DNA from: Octopus vulgaris
Lineage: Eukaryota
Reading direction: 5' to 3'
Assembly: GCA_951406725.2 (NCBI GenBank)
Contig: OX597815.1
Span: forward strand, 111,104,001-111,168,000
DNA: 64,000 nucleotides
Position 1 is the first letter of the stretch. Each line of letters starts with the position of its first letter. The position numbers and the translations under genes were made by a program. Of this stretch, positions 39,348 to 51,440 are shown piece by piece. Under the pieces are notes generated by a model. The model saw nothing but the letters and a program-made list of their open reading frames with translations, ran no database searches and was not told the DNA's origin.

Positions 39348-40218
39348 CAGGCATACCTCGACTTAAGATGTTTCAGTTTAAGTCGTTCTCGATTATACAT
39401 GAGTTTTCAAAAATGATGTATGGAAAAAAAAAATGAAGTTAAGTCATTTTACTCAACTTCACGTCTGTCCGCCACAAATATCGGAATCGTAAAATCACTA
39501 GAAAACCGCTAAAAGAACCTATAATCATGTTTCTGTACAATACATAAAAATAAAAGCATATAAAATTTCATTAAAATATGTACAGTAAATATTAAGGCAT
39601 ACACCATAAAGTAGTGTAGTTTAGTGAACGAAATCATGAAATCAGCTGTGTTAGCTTATTTATCGGTCTTTCGGAGCTCATGTTGCACTGTAGTTCCAAT
39701 ATCTACCGTTAGCCGTCGTTGTCATTCGTGGTTACCGCGATTGTTTTGAATTTAGATTTACGTCTGTTTATCAGCTACTTTATCATTCTCATTCATTTGT
39801 GACTTTTTTTGCCCCCATGTCACCTACGAAAATTCATAGTGTAAAAGCTGTACGTCATGTTATAACGCTGGATGATAAACTGGCTATGATAAAACGCCAT
39901 GAAAATGGTGAAAAGGGGATGGCAATTACACGATCTTTTGGGACGTGTCGGACAAGTCTATCTACGATTGCACATAATAAGGAAAAGATTTTAGCACACA
40001 TGATTTTTATTAACCACGTATTATTGAAAATGCATTCATAAATAAAATACAGAACTGGGAATGGTTATTCTCGATTTAGCTTAGGGACAAGTAAATTCGG
40101 GCTAGCCTACTAGCCTAGCGTACAAGCCTAGCCTAGAGAAAATTAATTCGACTTAAGTCGTCTATCAACTTAGGTCGTATCTCCTGGAACCTATTAACGA
40201 CGTAGGTTCAGGTATGCC

Positions 40219-40220
<2 letters not shown>
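39348..40220 (+). mobile_element. Tigger/pogo-like deletion derivative retaining the HTH_psq (CENP-B-type) N-terminus
   Basis: TIRs caggcatacct... / ...aggtatgcctg; ORF 39799-40041 RHVITLDDKLAMIKRHENGEK...LSTIAHNKEKI; no DDE domain. Confidence 0.88.
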
Positions 40221-40268
<48 letters not shown>

Positions 40269-40608
40269 TTCAAGTTTAAAACATGCATACAGAATATGTT
40301 TAAAATAAGCGTACAAAATCACCCATGTAGTTCCTACCCTGTACATATTGTTAGGCAGGCAGGGATATTTTGTACATCATTTGGATGCCTACAGAGGGTA
40401 TTTCGTACTTTAAAATTGGTGTTTATAAAGTGCTATTAAACAAGGTATTCCAGTTTATCCTGTCACTCGATAACATACGATATTTTGCAACAAGTTAATC
40501 CAGTGCTGCAGAGAGATAATTTCATATTTCACAATAGTCTCCGAAGGCAAATTATCCATTTGATTATGATTGAAACAAACCCTCAAATAACGCACACACA
40601 CACACACA

Positions 40609-40679
<71 letters not shown>

Positions 40680-40820
40680 ACATACATATTTAGGCGAGCG
40701 AGGAATTTGTGTGTGTGTGTGACTGCAAAAACGCATATCGATAGGAATATTGATATACATGCCTGTAAAAGAGCTGATATCCATATAGTTACTAAAGATT
40801 CCTATTTGCCTGTTTTTATT

Positions 40821-40884
<64 letters not shown>

Positions 40885-41164
40885 CCTATCTATCTATATC
40901 TATTTGTCTGTCTACCTGTCTGTCTATACACACACACATATATATATGCACACACACACATATATGTATGAATATATATGTATGTGTATATATATATGTA
41001 TGTATATGTATATGTATGTATATACATATGTATGTGTATATATATATATATGTATGTATATATATATATGTCTGTGTATACATATTTATATATGTATGTA
41101 TAAGTAGACAAGAAGGCAGATAGATAGACAGATACTTGTACATCTTTCAAATACATACACACAT

Positions 41165-41204
<40 letters not shown>

Positions 41205-41441
41205 TATTTTGAGTCTGTGTGAGCACGCGTGTGTGTGTGTCTGTGTGTGTAAGTATTCGAAATGTGTGCTTGCGAAACTAAATAGATTTTCTCCATATGA
41301 TAACTTTAAAATTATGTTGAAGCCCCAAAAGTTCGCATATCGATATCTGAGATTTATGTTACTGCATTCATTTTACACCAGCACACACAAAGTCACACAT
41401 ACACTCTCACATATATCAGCCCATACAGACAAGCCCCCCAC

Positions 41442-41484
<43 letters not shown>

Positions 41485-41504
41485 TATATACATATATATG
41501 TATA

Positions 41505-41670
41505 TGGCAAATGAAAGACGGAAGATGGAATACACGAGAATTTATTATTAATCATGACAATTATTTTGACACATCTAGCATCGATTCCTCATGGGTAGGG
41601 CACTCAACAACTGGTTCAGGAGCATCCAGTGCTGCAGGTGTATCTCGTCGGGTGATAAATAAATACAACT
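41505..41670 (-). mobile_element. Solo PLE pLTR-like fragment
   Basis: Minus strand 'catgaggaatcgatgctagatgtgtcaaaataattgtcatg...aataaa' resembles a degenerate hammerhead-plus-polyA-signal pLTR end and abuts (TA)n. Confidence 0.4.
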
Positions 41671-41689
41671 CGTTAAAATAACTGTTAAA

Positions 41690-42790
41690 ATAATAAATAA
41701 TAATAAAAACTTATATGCACAGCGTTGTTCTGGAAGAAATTTAGGTTCCTGTTCATTCACAAATGCAACTAAGACTGTGATGTCATAATTATTCTCCCTT
41801 GCTATGTCTCTTGAAGTTAAATCCCGAATTTCATGGTTTGTATTTGGCAGACCAGAGCCAGACTCTTGCAAATCTTTGTCTCTATTGGCCAAAACTTGAT
41901 CCTCAATTTCTATCAGTGCTTGGTTAAAAATTGTTTCAGAGAACTATATATTGATATCTGGGTTTGTCTGTTGAGCTGCATACTTTAAGCCCTCGACCAT
42001 GTCCTAATGATGTTTCATCCAAAGCTGTAGGAGACTGCTAAGTTGTCACATGTTCAGCATAATTGAAAAAAGGTTACGAAGTTTCCTTTGAGAATATGGT
42101 ATTGATGCTTCAGTCAATGCAAGGTCCCGATGTTCATCATTTTCTAAAAACAACCTTGTTGATGGCATGATTCCCTATAAGTTTCATACACATGACCATC
42201 TACCCTCCTCAAATCTTGGAATCATTTTGGACCAGGTACTTAATGCAAAAGGAGGTGAAAGTACTAGCATTCTGCTTGGATTGGGGTACACTGTAAACTA
42301 TTGAAAGAGCTTCAACCCCATATTTCCTCTTGTGTCATTTATTGTTTCTCCAGGTGTAATATTTGGGCAATTGTGGGTAAAGGAATTTTCTATCCTCTTC
42401 ATCTACTTGATACAGCTTAAAAAAGGCAGTAATGGTCGTTTCTTTTGACGAAAGTGCTTGTTGCAAGGCTGTTTATTTTGTAAAGATAATCCTGTGGTCA
42501 TTCTCTAGATGGACACTCAGATGAACGATGGCTGGATGCCTCTCATGAATAGGAAAATTGAAGATGCGCCAAAAAAACCTCATTGGTACTAATGTATCTT
42601 CCTCTGTCATACTGTGCATCTTCGTCATTTTTATTTATCAGCTGACTGCCATTCTCCATAAGAGTGTATGTTGCGGCATCTACTCCTTTGTTTATATATT
42701 TGCGTACATACTTGATAGAGTTAAGAGAGTTGCAGAATCCAACATTGACTCTACTTACCTGTACTCATTTTCGCGTCACTGTAGAATACA
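41690..42790 (-). mobile_element. Helitron Rep/Helicase internal fragment
   Basis: SIKYVRKYINKGVD...GRYISTNE, WRIFNFPIHERHPAIVHLSVHLEN, TTITAFF, LYPQLPKYYTW, LRRVDGHVYETYRESC, LRNLFSIML, ARENNYD...LPEQRCAY. Confidence 0.92.
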
Positions 42791-42908
42791 TATACACCGT
42801 ATCAAACATCAGATGAAATGGACGTGTGTGAGAGAGAGAAGGAGTGTGTTGTCATATATACATACACACATAATTAAATATGCATACATCTTTGTGTGTG
42901 TGTGTGTG

Positions 42909-42950
<42 letters not shown>

Positions 42951-42999
42951 AGGCTGAGAGAGAATATTGCGAACAATGGATGAAATAAACATGAAATGA

Positions 43000-43265
43000 A
43001 AAACGTCGTATAAATAAAAGCTCTTACACGGAATGTTTAAATTTGTGAACTTAGTAAATATATCCTTCAATAATTTATTGTAGTTGTTTGCGAATAGTGA
43101 ATTAAAACTTGAAATGAAAACCTCAAAATAGAGAGTGACGTTTTTTACCGTTGCTACTTCAATACCGGGAATTGACATTGAGAAACCATCACAAGTATGG
43201 AAGCAATTGAAGTCGTTTTCGCGTGAAAAGCGGATGCACAGACATCTCTATTTTATATATTAGAT
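43000..43265 (-). mobile_element. Helitron-like 5' terminal segment
   Basis: Minus strand starts 'a|tctaatatataaaatagagatgtctgtgcatccgc', a TC start like that of 48561-48877; may be the 5' end of the element at 41690-42790. Confidence 0.5.
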
Positions 43266-43699
43266 AATAATCAAATCTTTGAAAAGACGTTAAACATGAT
43301 AGCATACAATTTATTTTCTGTTAGACAAAATGTCAACTACATATTTGCTCGTGAAATAGGATACATCAATCTTAAATTATATATAAAAATGTATGCATAA
43401 TGATCCATCGAAGAGACGTCAGGAAGCTCGCTTGTAACAACAGGTAATCTAATTCAAATCGCAACCAACTGTCTTAAAAACAATAACGGACGTAAAGTAG
43501 GGACTATTTCCCTGTAGTTTTAAATAAGATTCGGTTGATCACCTATGTAATGCCTTTACTCTCTTTGACCAGGCTAGAACTGATGCCGAACAATAGCAAC
43601 ATAGGTACGGATTTTGTAATTATGTGACGTTCGTTTCAATCTTGATGACATTATTGATGTGCAAGGGGGAGGTGAACGGAAGAAGCTTTATGCATCAAA

Positions 43700-43880
43700 A
43701 TAACAGAAACAAAATGTTGCGCACTTTGTTCAGTCTCTTTACATTCTAAGTTCAAATACGACGAAGGTCAACTTGGCCTTTCATCAGTTTCAGCTCGATA
43801 AAAGAAAGTAGCAGTCCAGTACTTAATCAACTAACCTCTTCCCACCAAATTACTGAGCATGTACCTAAATTAGAAGCAAA
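43700..43880 (+). mobile_element. Decayed SINE (family of 15559 / 23819)
   Basis: 'ttacattctaagttcaaatacgacgaaggtcaacttggcctttcatcag...cgataaaagaaagtagcag'. Confidence 0.7.
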
Positions 43881-44936
43881 GGTTGACGTATATGAATTAA
43901 CATTTGTACAATTAGGTATGTTATCAACTTTTCAGTATCAGTCTATTGTGATCCTATCTTCCGTGCTTTTCGAGCCAAATATTTTGGAAGTCGAACGCAG
44001 GATGAAATGTCATTTAATTCCGGCGGCAGTCTACGTACAAACGTCTTTATTCCACCGGGCATAATGGTGTCGCTGAAATCTCTGTTGTGAATGCAAGTAT
44101 CATAAGTACCAATAATGAACAGGAGCCTGTTTATTGAAAGGAACCCGTCTTTGGTTTTGATATTTCAAATCAATTTGATATGCTTACATAAATAGAATTA
44201 CAATTACGTTTATCAAGGAAATAAACGACACCGTTCAATTTCATTCTAGAAAGTAATACAAGAAAACGAGACAAAGATGCAAATTATTTATATTTAATTA
44301 TCGAAAGTACGTAAAATTTTCTAGCATTATATAAAATCTATTGACTAATAGCATTGTATGACTTGCATTGTTTTCTCGTTTTTAAATTAAGAAATTTATT
44401 ACAGATACGATATAAAAAACGATCGCCTTCCTTTTAACTAGCCCTGGTCTCAATTTAGCCTTAGAAATTGCTGAATACATTTATGATGGAATAGTTTGTT
44501 ATTCATTTCTGTCCATTGATAAGTTTATAGCAAACTCTTGAGATTGCTTTTTCTTCCATCCCCATTGATCTTCAAACAGAATTCTTGATTAGATGCACTG
44601 ATACGGATAAGATGTATATCTTTATATTAGCTGGATGAATGCAAATTTTGTTAATACATGACTCTTTCTGTCTGTGTAGCTGGCGTAATTTACTGGCAGT
44701 TATAAGCCAGCTTTGATACTGAAATGCATCATTGCCATAATGATTTTGCCCTTAATTCCATCGATCAAAGTCTTTAGCGAAGATAAATCGGCTGAAGGAA
44801 TCGACTCCAGTGATTAACATGTCTTCCATATTTGCCAACCGAAATTGCCGGTTACAGAGACGACGCTACAATTCAATCTATTCTAAGAGTTAATAAAGAT
44901 TATTTTCATACACACACACACACATACACAGACACA

Positions 44937-45012
<76 letters not shown>

Positions 45013-45126
45013 GGCATATACCCACCTACACCCACACCTATAGATACATACACTCACGTAAGCTTACGCATATATCTATCAGTCATTATATCTCCACTCT
45101 CTCTTTCTCTCTCCCTCTCTCTCCCC

Positions 45127-45192
<66 letters not shown>

Positions 45193-45678
45193 ACCTCTTG
45201 CTCACAGCTATGCTACACGATGTATGATCTGACTTATAATTTACTGATATACTGCTTATTTGCTTTTGTACAACTTTCAACTAATAAAAACCTATACTTG
45301 AAACAGTCTTGTCAGCTGCATAAAACGTGGTAAAGGTAAAGAGCGGATATTAACTTCGCCAGGATAGAGATAGAATAGAGGTATTATAGTTATTTATGCA
45401 ATCACAGGAAAATGCGAATATTCTAAAATACTGTTACTGTTGTTGTAAGGCTAAAGAGAATCGAACTAACCTAAAATTATAAATGCTGCATCTGATACTG
45501 TCCCGCCTTAATTTCAGAAAAGTTATGACAGGATATATATTATTCAAACGTGTCCTTACTGTTATAGAGACTGTAGTGTGAGATCTGAATAAGTTTTAGT
45601 TGATATCTCCAGCAAAGCCACATACATGGTATGTCTCCATCGTTGTCCCACGTAGAAATATAATAATGTAGATTTGTG

Positions 45679-45992
45679 TACATTATTTACATTATTTACA
45701 TTCGACGGATATTTGTCCTCATCTTGTTTGTTGTTAACACAACGTTTCGGCTGATATACCCTCCAGCTTCTTCATGTGTCTTCGGGAAATTTCGAACCTG
45801 GGTTCTCATTCCTAAGGTATTCTTCGATGTTATTATTATTACTATAATTATTATTGTTCAGGTAACTTCTCGGAATCTTGGGGTTAGTAGCCCGCACTCT
45901 TAACCACAGTGCCATATGCCCGTGGACAAATATCCGTCGAATGTAAATAATGTAAATAATGTACATAATTCCTCATCTCTTAACTATAGAAC
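45679..45992 (-). mobile_element. Hammerhead-bearing tRNA SINE with inverted tail and 12-bp TSD
   Basis: Minus-strand SINE 45679-~45922 (head ggcactgtggttaagagtgcgggctactaacccc; motif gacac-aTGAAGA-agctg..cagcc-GAAACGTT-gtgtt) plus a plus-strand tail copy ~45924-45992; TSD tgtagatttgtg at 45667-45678 and 45993-46004. Confidence 0.88.
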
Positions 45993-46299
45993 TGTAGATT
46001 TGTGGCTTTACAGCATGACTTTGCCTAAGTGTTTGATGACGGTCTTGAAGTGGAAACAACTCTCCACAGAAAAGATGGAGTCTATTGCGAAAGCCCATAA
46101 TGATATCTGAAGAAATATAGAAAACTGAGACAAATAAAAGAGAAATTAGAGGTATTAATTTTTATTGAATATGATAATTGTTTTAACCAAAATGGTTGAA
46201 TAAAATTGCATATTAATTTGAGAGAACATGGAAGACGCCGCCATACATATGAGGGTTAAAATGTTTGCTTCGTAAACATATATTCTAAGTTTAATCCCA

Positions 46300-47350
46300 A
46301 TGTGTGATAGTTTAGAACAAAACTTCTCTAGCCAAAGCATCGGTTTGTGCAAATTCGTTGTAATTAGTATCTTTTAAACAGAATAAGAGAATCTGCACAC
46401 ATACACATACACACACACACAAACGGGCACTCATATATACACACCATCCTACCAAATTTTAAAAACACACATCTATTTACACCACAATGGACCCTGGGAC
46501 CGTACAAAAACGGCCCACACACACAAACACATGTATATATATATATACACACAAAGACACACACACTCACACCATTCTGACCTCCGTACAGACGCACATA
46601 TACACACACACAGCACCATGACAAATACCAATCACGAACGCACATACATACACACAACACCAAGACAATCACACGCACGGTTGACAAAACGGGCACACAT
46701 ATACACAGACCATCCTTCCAAATTTTACAAACACACTCAGACACATCTATCGCACTACATATGTATACACACACACACAAAGACACACACACTCGCACCA
46801 TTCTGACCTCTAAAGACCAATCCCCCAAATCATTGATGCTTGAAGGAGAGACAAAAAGAAATTCTTTTCAGTTCCTTGTTACTCTTCCTTCCCCCACCCA
46901 AACACACCTACAGTGTCCCTTGAAATAGAAAATCGTCTTTTACGATAACATGGTGGACCAGGTCAGTTTAATCTACCCTACTACTATAATGTAAACTTTT
47001 TTGAACTTATAATATTCTGTGCGTGTATGTATATACATATACAATACCAATATTCCACTGAACTTTTTAATAATTCCTTCTGGAAACTATCTTTAACATT
47101 TTCTTGAGAATGTATATATATGTTGTAATCTTTGGTAACCAATATTTTAATGAACTTGTTAAATTTTTTCATGTTCTTAACATATTCTTGTTACCAAAGA
47201 ATGTATATATGTATTGTAGTATTTTGTGACGACCAATAATTAACACAACCAAACTTTTACATGTTACTTTTGACAAACTTTTTCTAAAAAGTGAAACCGG
47301 TAAAGTAAATAAATATCTTTTAAAATTGCATTTTCAAACCTTCTTTTATA
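46300..47350 (+). mobile_element. Penelope-like 3' region/pLTR with degenerate (CA)n block (family of 24622-25880)
   Basis: Shares 'ccccaaa(t/c)cattgatgcttga' and terminus 'acttttgacaaact...agtgaaaccggtaaagtaaataaa...ttgcattttcaaacc' with the minus-strand copy. Confidence 0.65.
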
Positions 47351-47361
47351 TATATATATAT

Positions 47362-47555
47362 CCCTTGCTATAAAAGGGAGAACAAAACATCCAGATAGAC
47401 GATACAAAAAATCAAGGATGGGTTATTCGAAGCTTTCTGTCATCAGTCAAGAACCAGATCATCCTCGCCGTTTCGGCTGATTAATCTTGAGATTGCTCCA
47501 ATCTGGCCAGCCCCAAGAGAAAACCAAGCTAAGAGCATTAGATTCCTTGGGAGAA
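47362..47555 (-). mobile_element. Short repeat with hammerhead-like motifs (probable PLE pLTR)
   Basis: Minus strand 'cagccgaaacggcgagg...ttgaCTGATGAcagaaagcttcgaataacc'; adjacent to (TA)n. Confidence 0.45.
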
Positions 47556-47720
47556 ATATATAGTCTTGTAAATTGGCCAAATGTGTTTTTTTTCAATATT
47601 TATTCTTGCTTGCAATAGCCGTTTTTTTGTCAAACTATCGTATCTCTTGCTTCAGATGCCAAGATATCAAAAATTTCTGAAAAACCAACGGTTTTGACTT
47701 ACGACTCTGGTGCATAATAG

Positions 47721-47803
<83 letters not shown>

Positions 47804-47808
<5 letters not shown>

Positions 47809-48060
47809 GGGCGCATGGCTTAGTGGTTAGGGTGTTGCACTAACGATTTCAATTCGTTGACCAGTGGTGCATTGTGCTCTTCAGCAAAGTACTTCATCTC
47901 ACCTTTCTCTGCGATCGCTTCCATACCTGATGCGTGGTACACCGTACATCTATTCAGACAACGTCGATTTGATGGAAACATTTGATCGCTATAAACAAAT
48001 TATTCTTGCTGGTCGGTCGGCGAGAGCTGAACACTCATACGTCGACTTCTACGAGTGAGT
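47804..48060 (+). mobile_element. Decayed tRNA-derived SINE
   Basis: Head 'gggcgcatggcttagtggttagggtgttgcact' similar to the heads at 9208 and 57973. Confidence 0.7.
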
Positions 48061-48081
48061 TCAATATATATACTGAACACA

Positions 48082-48112
<31 letters not shown>

Positions 48113-48528
48113 GTATATATGTCCGGTTGATCTCTGTTGCTCGAAGACCAGGACCTGTTAAATACACCAGATAATCTGCTTCAGAACCAAGGTGTAAGAG
48201 ACGCGTGTAATCATAATGTAATTCTCAGTTAAAATGGTAAATTCATAGCCGAAATCCACTCAACATAATTGCCTAATCTGTATAGCCAATTTAACATTAA
48301 AAAGTAGATTAACATGACGCTACAAAAAATAGCATTAGCCCATGTACTACGCAGGGTAGTCGAAATCGGGTCCTCTTAACTGTGGATCAATCTTCCTAAC
48401 CATTCCGTCATACTGGGCTACATATATATACATGTATGAATGTATATCTGCATGCATGTTTACGTATGAATGTATGTATGTATGTATGTATGTATGTATG
48501 TATGTATGTATGTATGTATGTATGTATG

Positions 48529-48560
<32 letters not shown>

Positions 48561-48877
48561 ACTTGTCCGACCGTCCCATTTTGTGGCGTTATTTCAAGCC
48601 AGCCGGCTTTTTTGCGCAAACTGGACGTGCATTTTTCTCGCGTACGCATAGTATCGATCGCACCAACTTCTGTACTTGCGCGTACAAATGCACGTTCCCA
48701 CGGCTTTATTGATTGCATTATCACCTGGAATCGATTTTTGAAATTTTTTCAAGACTTATACATGCCCTGATATCGTCGCTATGTACATATCAATTTTGAG
48801 CGCAATCGAATGGAGGATGCCCGAGAACCTACAAGACACACACACAGACAGACGGAACGGATTTTATATAATAGATA
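48561..48877 (-). mobile_element. Non-autonomous Helitron
   Basis: Minus strand begins 'a|tctattatataaaatccgttccgtctgtctgtg' and ends with a degenerate hairpin 'cgccacaaaatgggacg' + 'gtcggacaag|t' (CTAG-like) within a (TA)n tract. Confidence 0.7.
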
Positions 48878-50419
48878 TATACACACACAGTAAGCGAGTT
48901 GCTACATCAATGCGGTAGGTGAATGTTACTGCTAGTTTAACCCTAGGCAGATTCTCCACCTGATGGTTTTCGATGCAACGTTCTGCATCCTTTATATACA
49001 ATATATCGCTAGAGGGGAAGCGTTATAATTGCACTGAACAGTACAATAAAGATAAATTACGAGATGGATAGGGTTTAAGAAAAAAGAAAAATTAGTTTAA
49101 ATCTTGAAAACAAACGAAAGTCTAAATGTTTCGGAGCTTCGTCTATATCAGATGAAAGAGAAAATCGCAGAGGGCTTCAAAGTGAATAAATTCTATGAGA
49201 GGTTCAAGGTGGGATGGTGGTTTTATGGGGCAGTTAAACAGGGAGTATATGTAAGGTGGATTTATGCAAATTTTGGAGTGCATCATTGTTTAATGACTTA
49301 CACATAGAAGGAAGTAATATATCGGTGTTCTTTTGGTGTGTAAAAAATTGCAATTGTGGTAGTGGAGTGGTGTAAGTTCAGTGGGGTCGGAGTGTTGATG
49401 TATGTGTGAGTGTGTGCGTCCCTGTGAGTGTGTGTGCGTATATGTGTGTGTGGGTGTGCATGAGTGTGTGTGCGTATATGTGTGTGTATGTGAATATGTG
49501 CGTGTGTGTGCGTATATGTGTGGGTGGGGTGTGAGTGTGAGCGTGTGTGTCTGTGAGTGTGAGTGTGTATGTGTGTATGCAAGTCAGTCTCTGTGTGTGT
49601 ACGAGTGTGTGTGTGTGTGTGTGTGTGTGTGTCTTAAAGCGTTATCTGCGTTTGAGGAACTCGGAAAGCTGATGAGGTGAAAGCAGTGCGAATGTAAAGT
49701 AAAAGAGAAAGGTAAGAGGAATATGGAGGGTGTGTAAAGTGGCTATGAACGTAAGATTCTGTTAAGTAGAAGGAAAGTATGAACAAAAGCAATTGCCGTG
49801 AGAGAAAATTGCGAGTTCAGAGAAATGGGAAATATAGTGTGCGGCTCAATCTAAAGAGCAAATAGAATGGTGTGAAACGCAGATGTCAACGAAAGCGAAA
49901 GTGGTTGAAGGTGGAGGTGGTGGAGAGAGAGAGTGTGTTCACGTCTGTGTATGTATGTATCTGTGTGTGTGCGTAGGCGCATATTTTTTCTACCAGTGTT
50001 TATGTATATTTATCAATGTTAGTTTAGAACTGGAAATAATGTGTAAGAGCACCGTTGTGTGTATGAGGAGTGAGTAATATTAGTATGTGTGTATGCATCA
50101 AAGACACAAAATGTGTGTGAATGGTGATATGTAAATGAGTGAATGGGAGGTATACGTATGTGTGTCTATGCGTGCGGCAACGAGACGTTGTGTGGTGATT
50201 CGTGTCCGTGAACGTGTTTATGAACGTCAGTGTGTCAAAGGGACAAGATGGTGGATGAGATGAAATGTGTGAATGCATGTGTGGTTGTGGGGGGTAAATG
50301 GGAAGGGATATGTATGTGTACAATGTTGGTGTGTTTAGGTTGTGTGAGTGGTCGTGAGAATGGTGTGGGATGAGAAGTAGGTAGATAGGAGGGAATGAGT
50401 TCATTGATGGAAACGGTGT

Positions 50420-50478
<59 letters not shown>

Positions 50479-51029
50479 GATAGAGAAACAAATGGAAAGG
50501 CTGCATAATGATTGGGTATCTTGAGATAAAAGTTAAGTTAGAAATCGAGGTAGCGTATTCAGACCGAGAGGTGTGTAAGTTTGGAGAGAGAAAATGAGAT
50601 TCCCTTCTCACCAGCGTCGAATGGTGGTTGAGGTAGTGCTAATTTCACTGAATATCAAGGGAGGTTAAACGAAATGAAGATATCGACAAATAAGTAGCCC
50701 ATTACCAAAACAGATATCGCTGAGGTTCACTAGAAACCCGCAGGCCAACTTACGGCCGGTTTCCTCGATTAAAACAAAATTACATTGGCCGCACTTGGAG
50801 GAACGATTGAATGACAGGAGAAGTAAGAAGTAGCAGAGTTAAACTGTAGGCGGTGGAAGAGGCGGAGAATGATGCTTTGGAGAGACAGGGTAGTAGGAGG
50901 GGTTGGTAAGGGGAATGGAATGCAGTGGTTAAAGGCCGAAATGTTATCAGTGGTACGTGCATGGTAATAATGAAAAACAAGCACTGTAGAGTGATGCTAA
51001 ATAAATAGGAAACTAATACTCGTTTAATC

Positions 51030-51440
51030 GATCTGCTAGAAATAGCGGCTAGATTTATAGTTTTTAAAAAGTCAAAATACACTTTACGAAAAATAAAAAC
51101 AGATGGTCACAGTTTGAAACCTTCTATATCTCATTCAAGGCTGATCTGGTGTTAATATCAACAACAATAGCTGCAGCAATAATAACGACAATCATAGCAA
51201 TGGAAAGGAAAACAAAATCTGCAGTAGTAATAGCAACGTAACATCCACAAAATTAACAAAACAAAATACTCCAACGGTATTTCTCGACCTGTTAAAAATA
51301 GAAGCCAAACTTCCCTCAGATCATACGCTACTGTCTTAAGGAGAGTGTAGTTCTATAATAAAAGACAGGATGGTCTTCATTTGGAATAGACTGGAACGCA
51401 AGGTCTACTGAACCAGAACTGACATGGAACTAAACAGCTA
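51030..51440 (+). mobile_element. Two decayed copies of a dispersed SINE-like family ending in (AAC)n
   Basis: 'ctgctagaaatagcggct...gatggtcac...ggctgatctgg...caacaac' and 'ctgttaaaaatagaagccaaacttccctcagatcatac...gacaggatggtc'; related fragments at ~12285-12400, ~36650-36815, ~43430-43600 and ~45440-45640 (-). Confidence 0.6.

Noticed and set aside
49640-50950. Purine/TG-rich region with ORFs 50024-50611 and 50780-51082
   Set aside because: Low-complexity degenerate (GT)/(GA) repeats; no domain recognised
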